Numbered from the stretch's first letter, positions 50,582 to 60,242 are shown. The stretch is 64,000 nt of DNA from Spirochaetaceae bacterium (GCA_965224705.1 OZ245056.1:1696001-1760000), one strand, 5' to 3'. Translations and numbers: made by a program. The notes: generated by a model not told the origin, from the letters alone.

Positions 50582-51805
50582 ATGAAAAAACGAAGTGAAG
50601 AAATGACCGGGGAGAAACTTGACCGCTTGATCGAGGAGATCACGACCGACGCCTACGGAGACGACGAGCGGGCCTTTCACTGCGCCTTCGAGGACGGTTT
50701 CAAACTACCCTGCGATGCCTTCGTCATTGGTGAGCCGGTCTCCGTGATCGGGTTTGACTATGACGGAAACCAGCGGCGCGGACTTGTGGCCCGATGCAGA
50801 AAGAAAGACGGCTCGGAGCACAGGGTGGCTGTGTCCGAGGTAGCGATCGCCGAGCAATCCAGGGGCGGCCATCTGATCGCCGCCTACCGCAAATGGGCGG
50901 GGCTCGATCCCTGGCCTGAGCAAGCGGCCCCTCTCTCTCATAAAAAACGCCGGTACAAGACCGCTGCCGCGGGCCTCGATTTGAGCGGCCCGGTCGATCT
51001 GGTCGTCCTGTCGGTGAAGGAAAAAGCCGCCAGATGCCGTCTCGTGGGCAGCGATCAAGTTATCATGCTGCGTGCGGGCATGCTGCGGGACATCGTGCCG
51101 GGCGAAATCGCGGTCGTGAAACCGCGCAAGCAATGGACCTACGGAGGACAGCTTTGTCTTTCCGGCGAGATTGAATCTTCGCGCCTCGACATTGATGCCC
51201 TGGGGCTGGTCCCGTTGAAGCTTGAAGATCAGGGACTCTGGACACCCGAAGAGCACTACTGGGGTGAGGACGATGAACCGATCGAGGAGTGGGTCAGGCC
51301 GATCATCGCCCGCGGTCCGAGAAAGGTGTTCGAGATGGAGCAGGTCGTTCCAGGCCGTGTTCCGGGTGACTTTGATTCCGATCCGATCTGCGAGTCCAAC
51401 GACCTGAAGGATAGCGGCGACCCCGCTGCCGCCTGGCAGATATTGATGGATCTTTGCCAGGCGGATCTGCGCTGTCTCGATGCCCACGCCCATCTTGGCA
51501 GCTTCGTCTTCGATAGCTGGGCCGAGGAAGCCATACGCCACTACGAGGTCGGCGTGCGCATCGGGGAGTTCACCCTCGGGCCGGACTTTGATGGTCTCTT
51601 GCCCTGGGGACTCATCGACAACCGCCCCTTCCTGCGCTGCATGCACGGGTTCGGCCTGTGCCTGTGGCGGCTTGAACGTTTCGAGGAGGCTGAGCGCGTC
51701 TTTGAACGGATGCTCTGGCTCAATCCGATGGACAATCAGGGCCTGCGCTTCTTGATCGACGATGTGCGTGCCAGGAAGGCATGGGAAGACTGTGAATCAG
51801 AGTGA
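50582..51805 (+). CDS. Conserved hypothetical protein (CcbP-like N-terminus, C-terminal TPR-like region)
   Basis: IEEITTDAYGDDE N-terminus; DAHAHLG, NRPFLR and LNPMDNQGLRF motifs. ATG follows GAGGAG. Confidence 0.6.
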   Translation: MKKRSEEMTGEKLDRLIEEITTDAYGDDERAFHCAFEDGFKLPCDAFVIGEPVSVIGFDYDGNQRRGLVARCRKKDGSEHRVAVSEVAIAEQSRGGHLIAAYRKWAGLDPWPEQAAPLSHKKRRYKTAAAGLDLSGPVDLVVLSVKEKAARCRLVGSDQVIMLRAGMLRDIVPGEIAVVKPRKQWTYGGQLCLSGEIESSRLDIDALGLVPLKLEDQGLWTPEEHYWGEDDEPIEEWVRPIIARGPRKVFEMEQVVPGRVPGDFDSDPICESNDLKDSGDPAAAWQILMDLCQADLRCLDAHAHLGSFVFDSWAEEAIRHYEVGVRIGEFTLGPDFDGLLPWGLIDNRPFLRCMHGFGLCLWRLERFEEAERVFERMLWLNPMDNQGLRFLIDDVRARKAWEDCESE

Positions 51806-51979
51806 GCCGGACGATGGGCATAAACGAACGATGTCAAAATAGCCGTCGGCGAATGCAGCCAACGCCAACGATGGAGGTAAAATGAGACGACGCTACTCAG
51901 ACAGTGGCACGACGAGAACGCCGGGCCGATCCGCGCCTTTGCCTGGCCGATGATCGTGCAAGCCGGGGAGGCTCGCGCA

Positions 51980-52099
51980 GCTCACTTCTTCACCCTGGTT
52001 TCACGCGACACCCTGGAGGAAGAATTCGCCCACCACCGCAAGCTCTTCCTCTCCGAGCAGGGCTATTCCTACCAGGTCGTCATCGCCGACGGGCCATGA
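51980..52099 (+). pseudogene. C-terminal remnant of a bacterial XPB/Rad25-like DNA helicase
   Basis: AHFFTLVSRDTLEEEFAHHRKLFLSEQGYSYQVV* resembles the conserved XPB tail. No helicase core is present upstream. Confidence 0.65.
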
Positions 52100-52169
52100 G
52101 CATCCTATCTTTGAACCCAAATCGCGGTATTGAACCTGGCAGTGGAGTTGGACTAGTATGTCTTTCAGG

Positions 52170-52222
52170 GAGTCTGTCGAACTCTAAGACTTCGAGCCGT
52201 GAGGCGTAAGTCCGGCAGGTTG
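52170..52222 (-). mobile_element. Internally deleted, degenerate MITE A
   Basis: The two ends are joined at a shared TCGAG microhomology. Confidence 0.7.
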
Positions 52223-52237
52223 CTCATGGAGGTTGCG

Positions 52238-52588
52238 ATGGCACAGCATAGGGTATTCGCGATGGCTTTTGCAAAGGTCTATCCCCTGTACGTTCAAAAG
52301 GCTGAACGCAAGGGCCGCACAAAGGAAGAGGTTGACCGGATTATCTGTTGGCTAACCGGGTATGAGGAATCTGGGCTGCAAAAGCAAATCGAGCAGGAGA
52401 ACGACTTTGAAACTTTCTTTGCCCAGGCGCCGGAGTTTCACCCAAAGGCCTCGCTCATCAAGGGTGTCGTGTGCGGCGTGCGGGTGGAAAATATCGACGA
52501 CCCGCTGATGTGGAAGATACGCTGCCTGGACAAGCTCATCGACGAACTTGCCAGAGGCAAGGCTATTGAGAAGATCTTGCGGCAATAA
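52238..52588 (+). CDS. DUF2200 family protein
   Basis: [39 protein letters not shown] and LDKLIDELA motifs. Confidence 0.88.
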   Translation: MAQHRVFAMAFAKVYPLYVQKAERKGRTKEEVDRIICWLTGYEESGLQKQIEQENDFETFFAQAPEFHPKASLIKGVVCGVRVENIDDPLMWKIRCLDKLIDELARGKAIEKILRQ

Positions 52589-52740
52589 CCGCCGTTTGAA
52601 GCTCCTTTTCAGATGGTCACGCCGCCATTTACCGCCTGGGTAAAGACTCACCCCAGGGGCCAGATTGCTCTGAGCCAAATGACTAAAACGCTTGTTTTCT
52701 TCGCCATTCTGTCTTAGAATCGGAAGAGAGGAAAAACAGG

Positions 52741-53235
52741 ATGAAATGCGCCCTTTTAATTATCGACCTTCAAAAAGAGTACTATTGCGGATTGGCGGAG
52801 AAGTCCATGAATGAAGCCTGTGAGTACATCAATGAAATGATCCCCTATTTTAGAAAAAACAAGCTCCCGGTTATCTGGATTCAGGATGTGGATGAAGCAA
52901 GCGGCGTCATCCCCGGAAGCAGGGGTTTTGAGTTTATTGATCTCCTCAAGCCTCTGAAGGAAGAATACTCAATTCACAAATACTATGGCAATTCCTTCAA
53001 TAAAACCGAGCTTCATAGCATCCTGAAAAAAGAGAATATTGATACTCCGATTCTCTGCGGCTACGCGGCGGAAAATTGCGTGCTTTCCACTTACAGGGGG
53101 GCGCTGGATCTGGATCTTCATCCCGTCATTCTTCAAAACGGAATTGCCAGCAGCCGTACTGGAGCCGTCTCGTTTGTCAGTGAGATCAGTCAATTGATCT
53201 CCTATGAGATATTGACCAGAGTCATAGAGGATTGA
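52741..53235 (+). CDS. Isochorismatase family cysteine hydrolase
   Basis: ALLIIDLQ, K..GNSF..T.L and GYAAENCV motifs. Confidence 0.85.
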   Translation: MKCALLIIDLQKEYYCGLAEKSMNEACEYINEMIPYFRKNKLPVIWIQDVDEASGVIPGSRGFEFIDLLKPLKEEYSIHKYYGNSFNKTELHSILKKENIDTPILCGYAAENCVLSTYRGALDLDLHPVILQNGIASSRTGAVSFVSEISQLISYEILTRVIED

Positions 53236-53288
53236 CGATGGGGCAATAATGCCAATTCAGTTTATTTGATTTGCAGGAGATAGAAAAA

Positions 53289-54011
53289 ATGATAGTCCTT
53301 TTAGTAGGAGCAACAGGCGCAACCGGTCAACTTTTGGTGGAGCAATTACTCCTTCGCGGACATAGGGTCAAGGCGATTGTTCGATCCCCTGAGAAACTGC
53401 CCACGGCTGTTAGAAATCATGATTGCCTGACAGTGATACAGGCAGGCATCCTGAACATAAGCGACAGGGAAATGACCGAAATTGTCCGGGATTGTGCTGC
53501 GGTTGCTTCCTGCCTGGGGCATAACTTAAGCTTTAAGGGAGTTTTTGGTCATCCCCGCCGATTGGTAACCAATGCCGCCCAACTCTTGTGCCGCGCTATT
53601 AAAGCTAACAATAAAAAAGAGACAACCAAATTTGTGCTCATGAACACAGCAGGTAACAGTAATCGCGGTATACACGAGCCCCTATCCTTATTGCATAGAT
53701 GTATTATTGGGCTTCTGCGCTTACTGCTGCCCCCACAGTTGGACAATGAGATGGCTGCGGACTATCTGCGGACGGTTATAGGACAGGATGACAGGACCAT
53801 TGCATGGTCGGTGGTTCGGCCGGATACCCTGATCAATAAAGACGAAGTCTCCCCCTATGAAGTACATCCTTCCCCGATAAGAAGCGCGATTCTCAACCCG
53901 GGTAAAACCAGCCGAATCAATGTGGGGCATTTCATGGCTGACTTAATAACTGACAACGATATCTGGAATAAGTGGAAGGGGAAAATGCCCGTGCTTTATA
54001 ATAAAAAATGA
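53289..54011 (+). CDS. NAD(P)-binding oxidoreductase (atypical SDR, BVR-B-like)
   Basis: VGATGATG, VRSPEKL, WSVVRP and SRINVGHFM motifs. Confidence 0.82.
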   Translation: MIVLLVGATGATGQLLVEQLLLRGHRVKAIVRSPEKLPTAVRNHDCLTVIQAGILNISDREMTEIVRDCAAVASCLGHNLSFKGVFGHPRRLVTNAAQLLCRAIKANNKKETTKFVLMNTAGNSNRGIHEPLSLLHRCIIGLLRLLLPPQLDNEMAADYLRTVIGQDDRTIAWSVVRPDTLINKDEVSPYEVHPSPIRSAILNPGKTSRINVGHFMADLITDNDIWNKWKGKMPVLYNKK

Positions 54012-54311
54012 GCATAGATTTTAAGTCTTTCTGCTCTTGCCTTTTGCCGCACCCTCCTGGTGCGATATTGTGGTTGATTGTACATCGTTTAAACGGAATC
54101 TTGTATTAATGTTTTCCGTTATAGTATAGGCACCCTATTGTCACAATTCTTTGGATAGGGGGCGGCAAACCGATGATCAGCCTGCCGAAGAGCGTCATGC
54201 CGTTGTCACCGCCGAATCCGCAAGACTTGACAAAAGCTTCATTTTCAATGAGAATCTGGTTGAGGTAGCGTCAGGGGCAGCGACATTCCTTCTCTGGCTG
54301 ATACCTTATAG

Positions 54312-54472
54312 GGCACCTCTAAAAAACATCCATTCCGTTTCTGGCTTGATCTTTACCACTGCTACTGCGTTGCCAAAATGCTCACGTAGCCCAGCTACGC
54401 TCCGCTTTTATCGCCTTGTATCAGTGAAAAATCTCTGCACCAGATTCCGAAAGCAGGTTTTTTAGAGGCGTC
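54312..54472 (+). mobile_element. MITE family D (161 bp) sharing its internal core with family A
   Basis: TIR GGCACCTCTAAAAAAC / GTTTTTTAGAGGCGTC, with TTATAG on both flanks. Core GCGTTGCCAAAATGCTCACGTAGCCCAGCTACGCTCCGCTTTT. Confidence 0.8.
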
Positions 54473-54514
54473 TTATAGAGGTTTTTAAATCAGTTTTCTG
54501 TAACAACCCCCTAC

Positions 54515-54780
54515 GATAAGGTACTGATTGATTCACAATAGGGAGTGTTCCCGGGAGAATATGGGACAGGAAGAGGGAATTTTGGCTGATTCATGGCCGT
54601 ACCCGGACTCCCACCTTTCTTAACACTCTGCCCAGGCGGTGTTTGACAAGGCCTGCGAAAGGTGTAAAATAAGAAAGAAGGTCTCCATCCATTCCCTGCG
54701 GCACACCTTTTCCACTCATCTTTCTGAAGAGGGTGTTGATCTTCGCCCCACATCCAGGAACTTTTGTGACATACCGGCAG
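54515..54780 (+). pseudogene. Tyrosine recombinase (integron-integrase-like) C-terminal remnant
   Basis: Translates SAQAVFDKACERCKIRKKVSIHSLRHTFSTHLSEEGVDLR/(frameshift)/IQELL*H. This contains the HxLRH motif and a broken LLGH box. Boundaries approximate. Confidence 0.8.
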
Positions 54781-54819
54781 TCCTTTGGCAGGGCGGGGGG
54801 TTAAGTGTATGAAATTCGT

Positions 54820-54840
54820 GGATATAAGATTTAGTTATAC
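54820..54840 (+). other. Putative attI-like site (core GTTATAC at 54834-54840)
   Basis: GTT core lies just downstream of the recombinase remnant, where the AT-rich cassette begins. It is complementary to the end of cassette 1. Confidence 0.55.
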
Positions 54841-54862
54841 ACAATTTTAAAATGAGGTGATT

Positions 54863-55309
54863 ATGAAAAGATTTGTTATTATAGCTTTATTTTTTTATAT
54901 CCCAGGTATAGCCTTCTCTTTAACGCCCAATGAGTATGAGTCAGTCTGTATCCAAGCTATGAAACTTATTGAAGCAGCTATTGAACCTGAATTACCTGAA
55001 GGCTATTTCATAGTAGATAAACATAGCAGTTCTTTTGGTGAGGTTGTTAATAATCAAATGTTTATCCGAGATTGTTTAATAGAGAAGGAACATCAAGAAC
55101 AATTCGGTCAAGCTTATATATTCTTTTACACAAAAGATAGCACTTTTTCTAAGCAGTTTAATAATCTATTTCTTAATGATATCGAATTAGAGTATCCTGA
55201 ATTTACAATAAAACTAGGATTGACCAGCGAGAATCTACCTCTAATAGAGATTATTAAAAATGTGATTCATACCATTAACTTTGACAACATTGAACCAATC
55301 GCATTTTAA
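54863..55309 (+). CDS. Cassette 1: hypothetical exported protein
   Basis: AT-rich ORF with GAGGTG RBS and signal peptide MKRFVIIALFFYIPGIAFS, followed by an attC-like site. Confidence 0.7.
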   Translation: MKRFVIIALFFYIPGIAFSLTPNEYESVCIQAMKLIEAAIEPELPEGYFIVDKHSSSFGEVVNNQMFIRDCLIEKEHQEQFGQAYIFFYTKDSTFSKQFNNLFLNDIELEYPEFTIKLGLTSENLPLIEIIKNVIHTINFDNIEPIAF

Positions 55310-55315
55310 AACTAT

Positions 55316-55408
55316 GCATAACAAGAAATATATGCTTCGCTACGCTACGGGCTTTGCCACATTGGCATCGTTCCTCAGCCAACGTCATATATTTCTGGAA
55401 CGTTAGAT
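55316..55408 (+). other. attC-like site 1 (93 bp)
   Basis: GCATAAC ... AGAAATATATG / CATATATTTCT (perfect 11-bp inverted repeat) ... GTTAGAT. Confidence 0.78.
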
Positions 55409-55435
55409 GATATAAAATTGACAGAGAAATAATAA

Positions 55436-56329
55436 ATGACAATAGACGAAATAGCTAATTTTCTTAAATCTACAGAGTTCACTCATATAGCTGATTCCAT
55501 TACATATATTAAGCAAAATGGGGAGAAACTAAAAAACATATATAAAATAGGCAATGCAGATTCAGGATATTTTGTAATTAAAATCCGAAATCAGAATTAT
55601 CGTTATATTTCAGATTCACTAGAAAATTTAAATTTGATGGTCGATGAATCAAATTTGTTTTTCAGATATAAGCAGGTCTTTAAACATGGTGATTATCTGA
55701 TTCTTATTTCTAATTTTGTTTTTGGGCAACTCCTACATCCAGATCATAGAAGCGAATTACCAAGACTATTTTCAGAATTGGCTAAATTCAATAAAAGTAA
55801 CATAATCTCAGGACCTTTCACATCTATGTATGCAGATGGAAATTATTTTGAGACAACAGAAGAATTGATTGAATGGGAATTGAACCATCATTTTTCTTTT
55901 TGGGTAGAAGAAGAATTAAACACAATTATTAGGCAATGTATTCAGCCTTTAAAAATGGGTTTATCTTGCTTAATTAGTGAAGATTTAAATTTAGGTAATA
56001 TGAAACTATTACCTGATAATCGCATTGTGTTTATTGATACCGAATGGCTCCAACGAGGACTAAATCTTTATCAATTTGATCATATAAATTATTTTCAGTT
56101 CGATGAACCAGAATGGTATTTTATATCTACCGAAGCAAAATTGTGTTATTCAGCGTATTTCAAAGAAATAGAAATATCACTAGAAAATGCAAATAAACAA
56201 ATTAAGGCTTTTGAGATTTTGTCTGTTTTAAGAAGAAATACATATTGGCGATTCTTTAAAATGGAAAATAAATATGGTCAAGAAAAATTAAGACTGGAGA
56301 CCGTCCTCGATACTGCTGAATTTATTTAG
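55436..56329 (+). CDS. Cassette 2: APH/choline-kinase-like phosphotransferase
   Basis: FVIKI (ATP-binding Lys), LAKFN, Brenner-like SEDLNLGNM and VFIDTE motifs; AT-rich. Confidence 0.65.
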   Translation: MTIDEIANFLKSTEFTHIADSITYIKQNGEKLKNIYKIGNADSGYFVIKIRNQNYRYISDSLENLNLMVDESNLFFRYKQVFKHGDYLILISNFVFGQLLHPDHRSELPRLFSELAKFNKSNIISGPFTSMYADGNYFETTEELIEWELNHHFSFWVEEELNTIIRQCIQPLKMGLSCLISEDLNLGNMKLLPDNRIVFIDTEWLQRGLNLYQFDHINYFQFDEPEWYFISTEAKLCYSAYFKEIEISLENANKQIKAFEILSVLRRNTYWRFFKMENKYGQEKLRLETVLDTAEFI

Positions 56330-56356
56330 AAAAGCAAACAACCACAATTTTACATC

Positions 56357-56446
56357 ATCTAACAGAGTTTACAAGGTTCGGCCTGTGGCCTCTTCCAAAT
56401 TGTCTTGCTGCGCAAGCCAACTTCTTGTAAACTCGGAATGTTTAAT
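56357..56446 (+). other. attC-like site 2 (90 bp)
   Basis: ATCTAAC ... GAGTTTACAAG / CTTGTAAACTC (perfect 11-bp inverted repeat) ... GGAAT-GTTTAAT (non-canonical right core). Confidence 0.7.
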
Positions 56447-56449
56447 GGG

Positions 56450-57425
56450 ATTCATGGCAAAAGGCATTTTGTTTCGGATCCTCACTATCCTTAGAAACTT
56501 ATTTGGTTATATATGCAGCAGATATGGAAAAATTCAGCACGGGCAAAGCCTCAGCCTTATTATGGGAGACTATCACATCCTTCATGAGATGCTGAGAAAT
56601 GTGGACGGTGAAAAACTTGATTTCTACATCGAAACGCCCGGAGGTTCAGGAGAAGCCGCCGAGGAAATCGTCGAGTTCTTGCACAGTAAGTTTGAAACCA
56701 TTGATTTTGTTATCGCTGGTGAAGCAAGAACGCTGGTACCCTAATGGCAATGTCCGCAGATGAGATTTACATGACTGACAGCGGCAGCCTTGGAGTCTGT
56801 CGGACTTTAAGGCTTCGAGGCGATTTTTGATGATTTTTTCCTGATGCAAGGCGACAAAAACGGAGCGTAGCTGGGCTACGTGAGTATTTTGGCAACGCGG
56901 TAACAGGGAAAAAGGGCAAAAATCGAGCCGTGAGGCGGAAGTCCGACAGACTCCTTGGCCCTATCGATGCTCAAGTAAGGATTGGCAGGTCAACAGTCTC
57001 TGCCTTTGAATACGTTGAGTGGATGAAAAGCAAGCGTAAAGAAGCAACAAAAACAGGAGGATTGAATCCTGTAGATGCAACTATGATCGCTCAAATTACT
57101 CCCGGTGAGTATGAGAATGTATATCATGCCCAACAATTTGCTGTTGATAAGCTCAAAAATTGGTTGCCTAAATACAAATTCAAACATTGGTCAGAAACTG
57201 AAACAAATAGCAGAATTGTCCGTGCACTGCCCTCAATGTGGGAAACAACATCCTCTATATGCCAAGTTTGGCAAAGTACCCAGGGACCTTGAGAATGACT
57301 TGAAGAAAAAAGCAACTCTTTTTCCTGCCGATAATAAGTTGACATGCGATTGTAGATTTCAGTTCAATCTGGCAGCGCTAAGAAACACACTGGAAGCACA
57401 AATCGGTAGAAAAATCATTGATTAG
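56450..57425 (+). pseudogene. SDH-family Clp-fold serine protease pseudogene (possible third cassette)
   Basis: LDFYIETPGGSGEAAEEIV, a frameshift at (KS)AGTLMAMSADEIYM, SL|GPIDAQ split by a MITE, and a CPQCG..CDC tail in another frame. Confidence 0.8.
56793..56953 (-). mobile_element. MITE A copy (161 bp) inside the protease gene
   Basis: CTTG duplication. Removing the element and one CTTG restores DSGSLGPIDAQ. Confidence 0.93.
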
Positions 57426-57448
57426 TTTAGTTATAGGGTAAGCTGTCT

Positions 57449-57655
57449 ATGGAAAACGCCATCCCATTGATGCTCAAATCCCAGTACAACCACATCGCCC
57501 ATCTGGACGAGCAGATGGTTGCCAAAACTGAATTTAATGGGTTTAAAGGGCAATTCAGAGGGCTCAAAGAGCAGGTGGGGTTCATGAAATGGATGATTAT
57601 GCCTGGATTCGCCTTGCTCGCCACGCTGCAGGTTTACACAGGTTTCGTCAAGTAG
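57449..57655 (+). CDS. Small coiled-coil protein with C-terminal TM helix (possibly a fragment)
   Basis: 68-aa ORF with VAKTEF..LKEQ..MKWM and a hydrophobic tail. Confidence 0.35.
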   Translation: MENAIPLMLKSQYNHIAHLDEQMVAKTEFNGFKGQFRGLKEQVGFMKWMIMPGFALLATLQVYTGFVK

Positions 57656-57919
57656 GGAAATCGGTGAAAAATCCCCTATCACATCATGATTTCCTGTCTT
57701 CTTTACAATATCACTGTAATAACGAATTGCTTCATAATTAATCGACTCAAACCATGATGCTTGCCCTGGTCCACCTGGTCTTGATGTTTATTTGTTTAGC
57801 GATTAGTCTTAGAAGTGATACAAGGGGTTAAGGGCTTGTTCCCACGTGCGGGAGTAGCCTCTGGAAACTCCTGGAGTTTTTAGATATCCCAATAACAAAT
57901 ATCCAATAAGGAGGGTGTT

Positions 57920-59287
57920 ATGAAGAGATTTTTTCTTACAGTTTTGACGATGCTGATTCTCGCAGCTACAGTCTTTGCCAATGGTGCGGAGGAGAGTACA
58001 GCATCCGGGCCGGTAGAAATAGAGTTCTGGACAACGGAAACCCAGTCGGAACGGCTGGCCACTATTCAGGTTCTGGTGGATACTTTCCAGACGCTGAATC
58101 CGGAAATCACAATAAAGGTTATTCCCGTCGATGAAAACGACATGCCCACGCAGATAAATGCCGCCGCCGCTGCGGGAACACTGCCGGCACTTATTGAGGC
58201 GGCCACCCAGAACACCGTGGCATTTGGCTCCCAGGGCCTGCTCAACACGGATGCGGCCACCGCTGTCGTCAACGAAATCGGCAGTGCCAAATTCTATGAA
58301 GGCGTGCTAAGGCTGAACCAGACCAGTACGTCAGGCAGCTATTATTCCATTCCCTATCATGGCTGGGTCCAGGGCATCTGGTACAGAGCCGACTGGTTTG
58401 AAGAAGCGGGACTGAATCCCCCCGAAACATGGGATGACATTCTTGCCGCCGCTGAAGAGTTCTACGATCCGGCAAACAATCAATACGGAATACTGGTTGG
58501 CACAAAGTCAGAAACCTATGCGGAGCAGTGTTTTACCCAGTTTGCCATGTCCAATGGGGCTGGTCTGTTTGACAGCAGCGGCAACCTGATTTTCAATTCT
58601 CCTGCAATGAAGGAAGCGGTGGAATTTTATGCCGAACTGGCCAAATACAATCCGCCCGGACCACAGACCTGGCGTGCCCGTGATTACTACCTTCAGGGCA
58701 AAATGGCCATGTTCTTCTATTCCACTTATATTATGGACGATCTGGCCCTGGCCGAAGTGGCCGCCGGTTCACTAACCTCCGAAAACTTTGAGAATCTGGC
58801 CGGAGCCGGTTTTGATCCTGATCTGGTCAACAATACCCGGATGGCACCCATTATTTCCAATACCAAACCCGCCGGATACGGCACCATCGTCTCCCTGGCT
58901 CTGCCCAACACGGATGACACGGCAAAAACTGCCGCGGCCAAGAAATTTGTGCGTTACCTGTTTTCGCCCAATGCCTATATTACCTTCCTCCACATGGCTC
59001 CCGGCGGCATGAACCCCGTGTTAAAGGAGATTGCAACCAATCCGCGTTTCCAGCAGGACCCCAAGGGAATATTCACGCATTACGGACCGGAAAAAATGGC
59101 CGAAATAATCAATGGTCTGGACAGCATTGAAACTTTCGGCATTGTCGAAGGAAAGCGCATAGATGCCGCCGATGTTATCTATTCCAAACAGATTATCCCC
59201 CAGATGATCTACAAGATAACTCAGGAAAACATGAGTGTGGACGAGGCCATGTCCTGGGCTGAATCCGAGATGAAAAAGCTAATGTAG
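57920..59287 (+). CDS. Sugar ABC transporter substrate-binding protein (YcjN-like)
   Basis: GGAGG RBS, signal peptide; IEFWT, WYRADWF..AGL.PPETWDD and GKMAM motifs. Confidence 0.88.
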   Translation: MKRFFLTVLTMLILAATVFANGAEESTASGPVEIEFWTTETQSERLATIQVLVDTFQTLNPEITIKVIPVDENDMPTQINAAAAAGTLPALIEAATQNTVAFGSQGLLNTDAATAVVNEIGSAKFYEGVLRLNQTSTSGSYYSIPYHGWVQGIWYRADWFEEAGLNPPETWDDILAAAEEFYDPANNQYGILVGTKSETYAEQCFTQFAMSNGAGLFDSSGNLIFNSPAMKEAVEFYAELAKYNPPGPQTWRARDYYLQGKMAMFFYSTYIMDDLALAEVAAGSLTSENFENLAGAGFDPDLVNNTRMAPIISNTKPAGYGTIVSLALPNTDDTAKTAAAKKFVRYLFSPNAYITFLHMAPGGMNPVLKEIATNPRFQQDPKGIFTHYGPEKMAEIINGLDSIETFGIVEGKRIDAADVIYSKQIIPQMIYKITQENMSVDEAMSWAESEMKKLM

Positions 59288-59369
59288 CTGACGCGCAGGC
59301 AAGGGAGCCATGAATCGCATGGTTCCCTTGTCCGTCAATATCCATTATAAAAGAACGGGAAAAAATCTC

Positions 59370-60242
59370 ATGAAACATGGGGCCACCTTCCATCAGCATG
59401 AAGCCAGAACGGGCTGGGCTTTCATTCTCCCCTCGCTTATTGTCATATTAAGCCTGATACTCTATCCCATAATCTCCAATATAATATCCAGCTTCTTCAA
59501 AGTGTCATTGGTGGAGCGCAATGTCTTTGTGGGGATTAAAAACTATGCGGAAATTGCATTGGACCCGGCATTCTGGCGGGCGGTGGGCACGACTCTTGTC
59601 TATGTGCTGTTTTCAACACTGGGAACCACCCTGGTCGGCCTGGGTACGGCTCTGGTTATGAACAGGAAATTTCCATTCAGGGGTCTGGTTCGCAGTCTTA
59701 TTCTACTGCCCTATGTCGCACCGGTGTTCTCGGTCGTCTACGCCTGGAAATTCTTTTTTGATCCGGTAAACGGGCTGTTCATGGACATAACGATGGAAAA
59801 ACTGGGACTGTTCGCTGAGAGGTTCAATCTTATAGGCAGTCCCAATACCGCTCTTTGGGTGGCAATAATCTTTTCCATCTGGAAGAACTTCCCGTTTACC
59901 TATTTGATGCTGCTCTCCCGGATGCAGGCGGTAGATAAGAATCTCTACGAAGCGGCGGATGTGGACGGCGCCGGGGCCTGGCACAAGTTCCGTTTCATAA
60001 CCCTGCCGGAGCTGTACTTCGTTATGGGATCCATTGTGCTTTTGCGCGTAATATGGAATTTTAACAAGTTTGAGGACATTTTTCTGCTGACTGACAATGT
60101 CAAAGTGCTTTCGGTATACACCTATTTCAAGGCATTTGTCGGGGTGACCGATCTGGGGCAGGGGTCGGCACTGGTTATACTGCAATTCGCCCTTTTAATC
60201 GGGTTCATATTCTACTATGTCAAAAAGGTGCTCAAATGGTAA
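59370..60242 (+). CDS. Carbohydrate ABC permease
   Basis: FVGIKNY, IWKNFPF and EAA loop LYEAADVDGA. Confidence 0.88.
   Translation: MKHGATFHQHEARTGWAFILPSLIVILSLILYPIISNIISSFFKVSLVERNVFVGIKNYAEIALDPAFWRAVGTTLVYVLFSTLGTTLVGLGTALVMNRKFPFRGLVRSLILLPYVAPVFSVVYAWKFFFDPVNGLFMDITMEKLGLFAERFNLIGSPNTALWVAIIFSIWKNFPFTYLMLLSRMQAVDKNLYEAADVDGAGAWHKFRFITLPELYFVMGSIVLLRVIWNFNKFEDIFLLTDNVKVLSVYTYFKAFVGVTDLGQGSALVILQFALLIGFIFYYVKKVLKW

Noticed and set aside
54227..54305. TTGACA-N17-GAGAAT promoter and following hairpin as a cassette promoter or small RNA
   Set aside because: The -10 match is weak, it is separated from the cassettes by a MITE and the recombinase remnant, and no RNA family was recognised.
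57426..57440. GTTATAG as the start of a fourth cassette
   Set aside because: No upstream AAC core or palindrome forms an attC.
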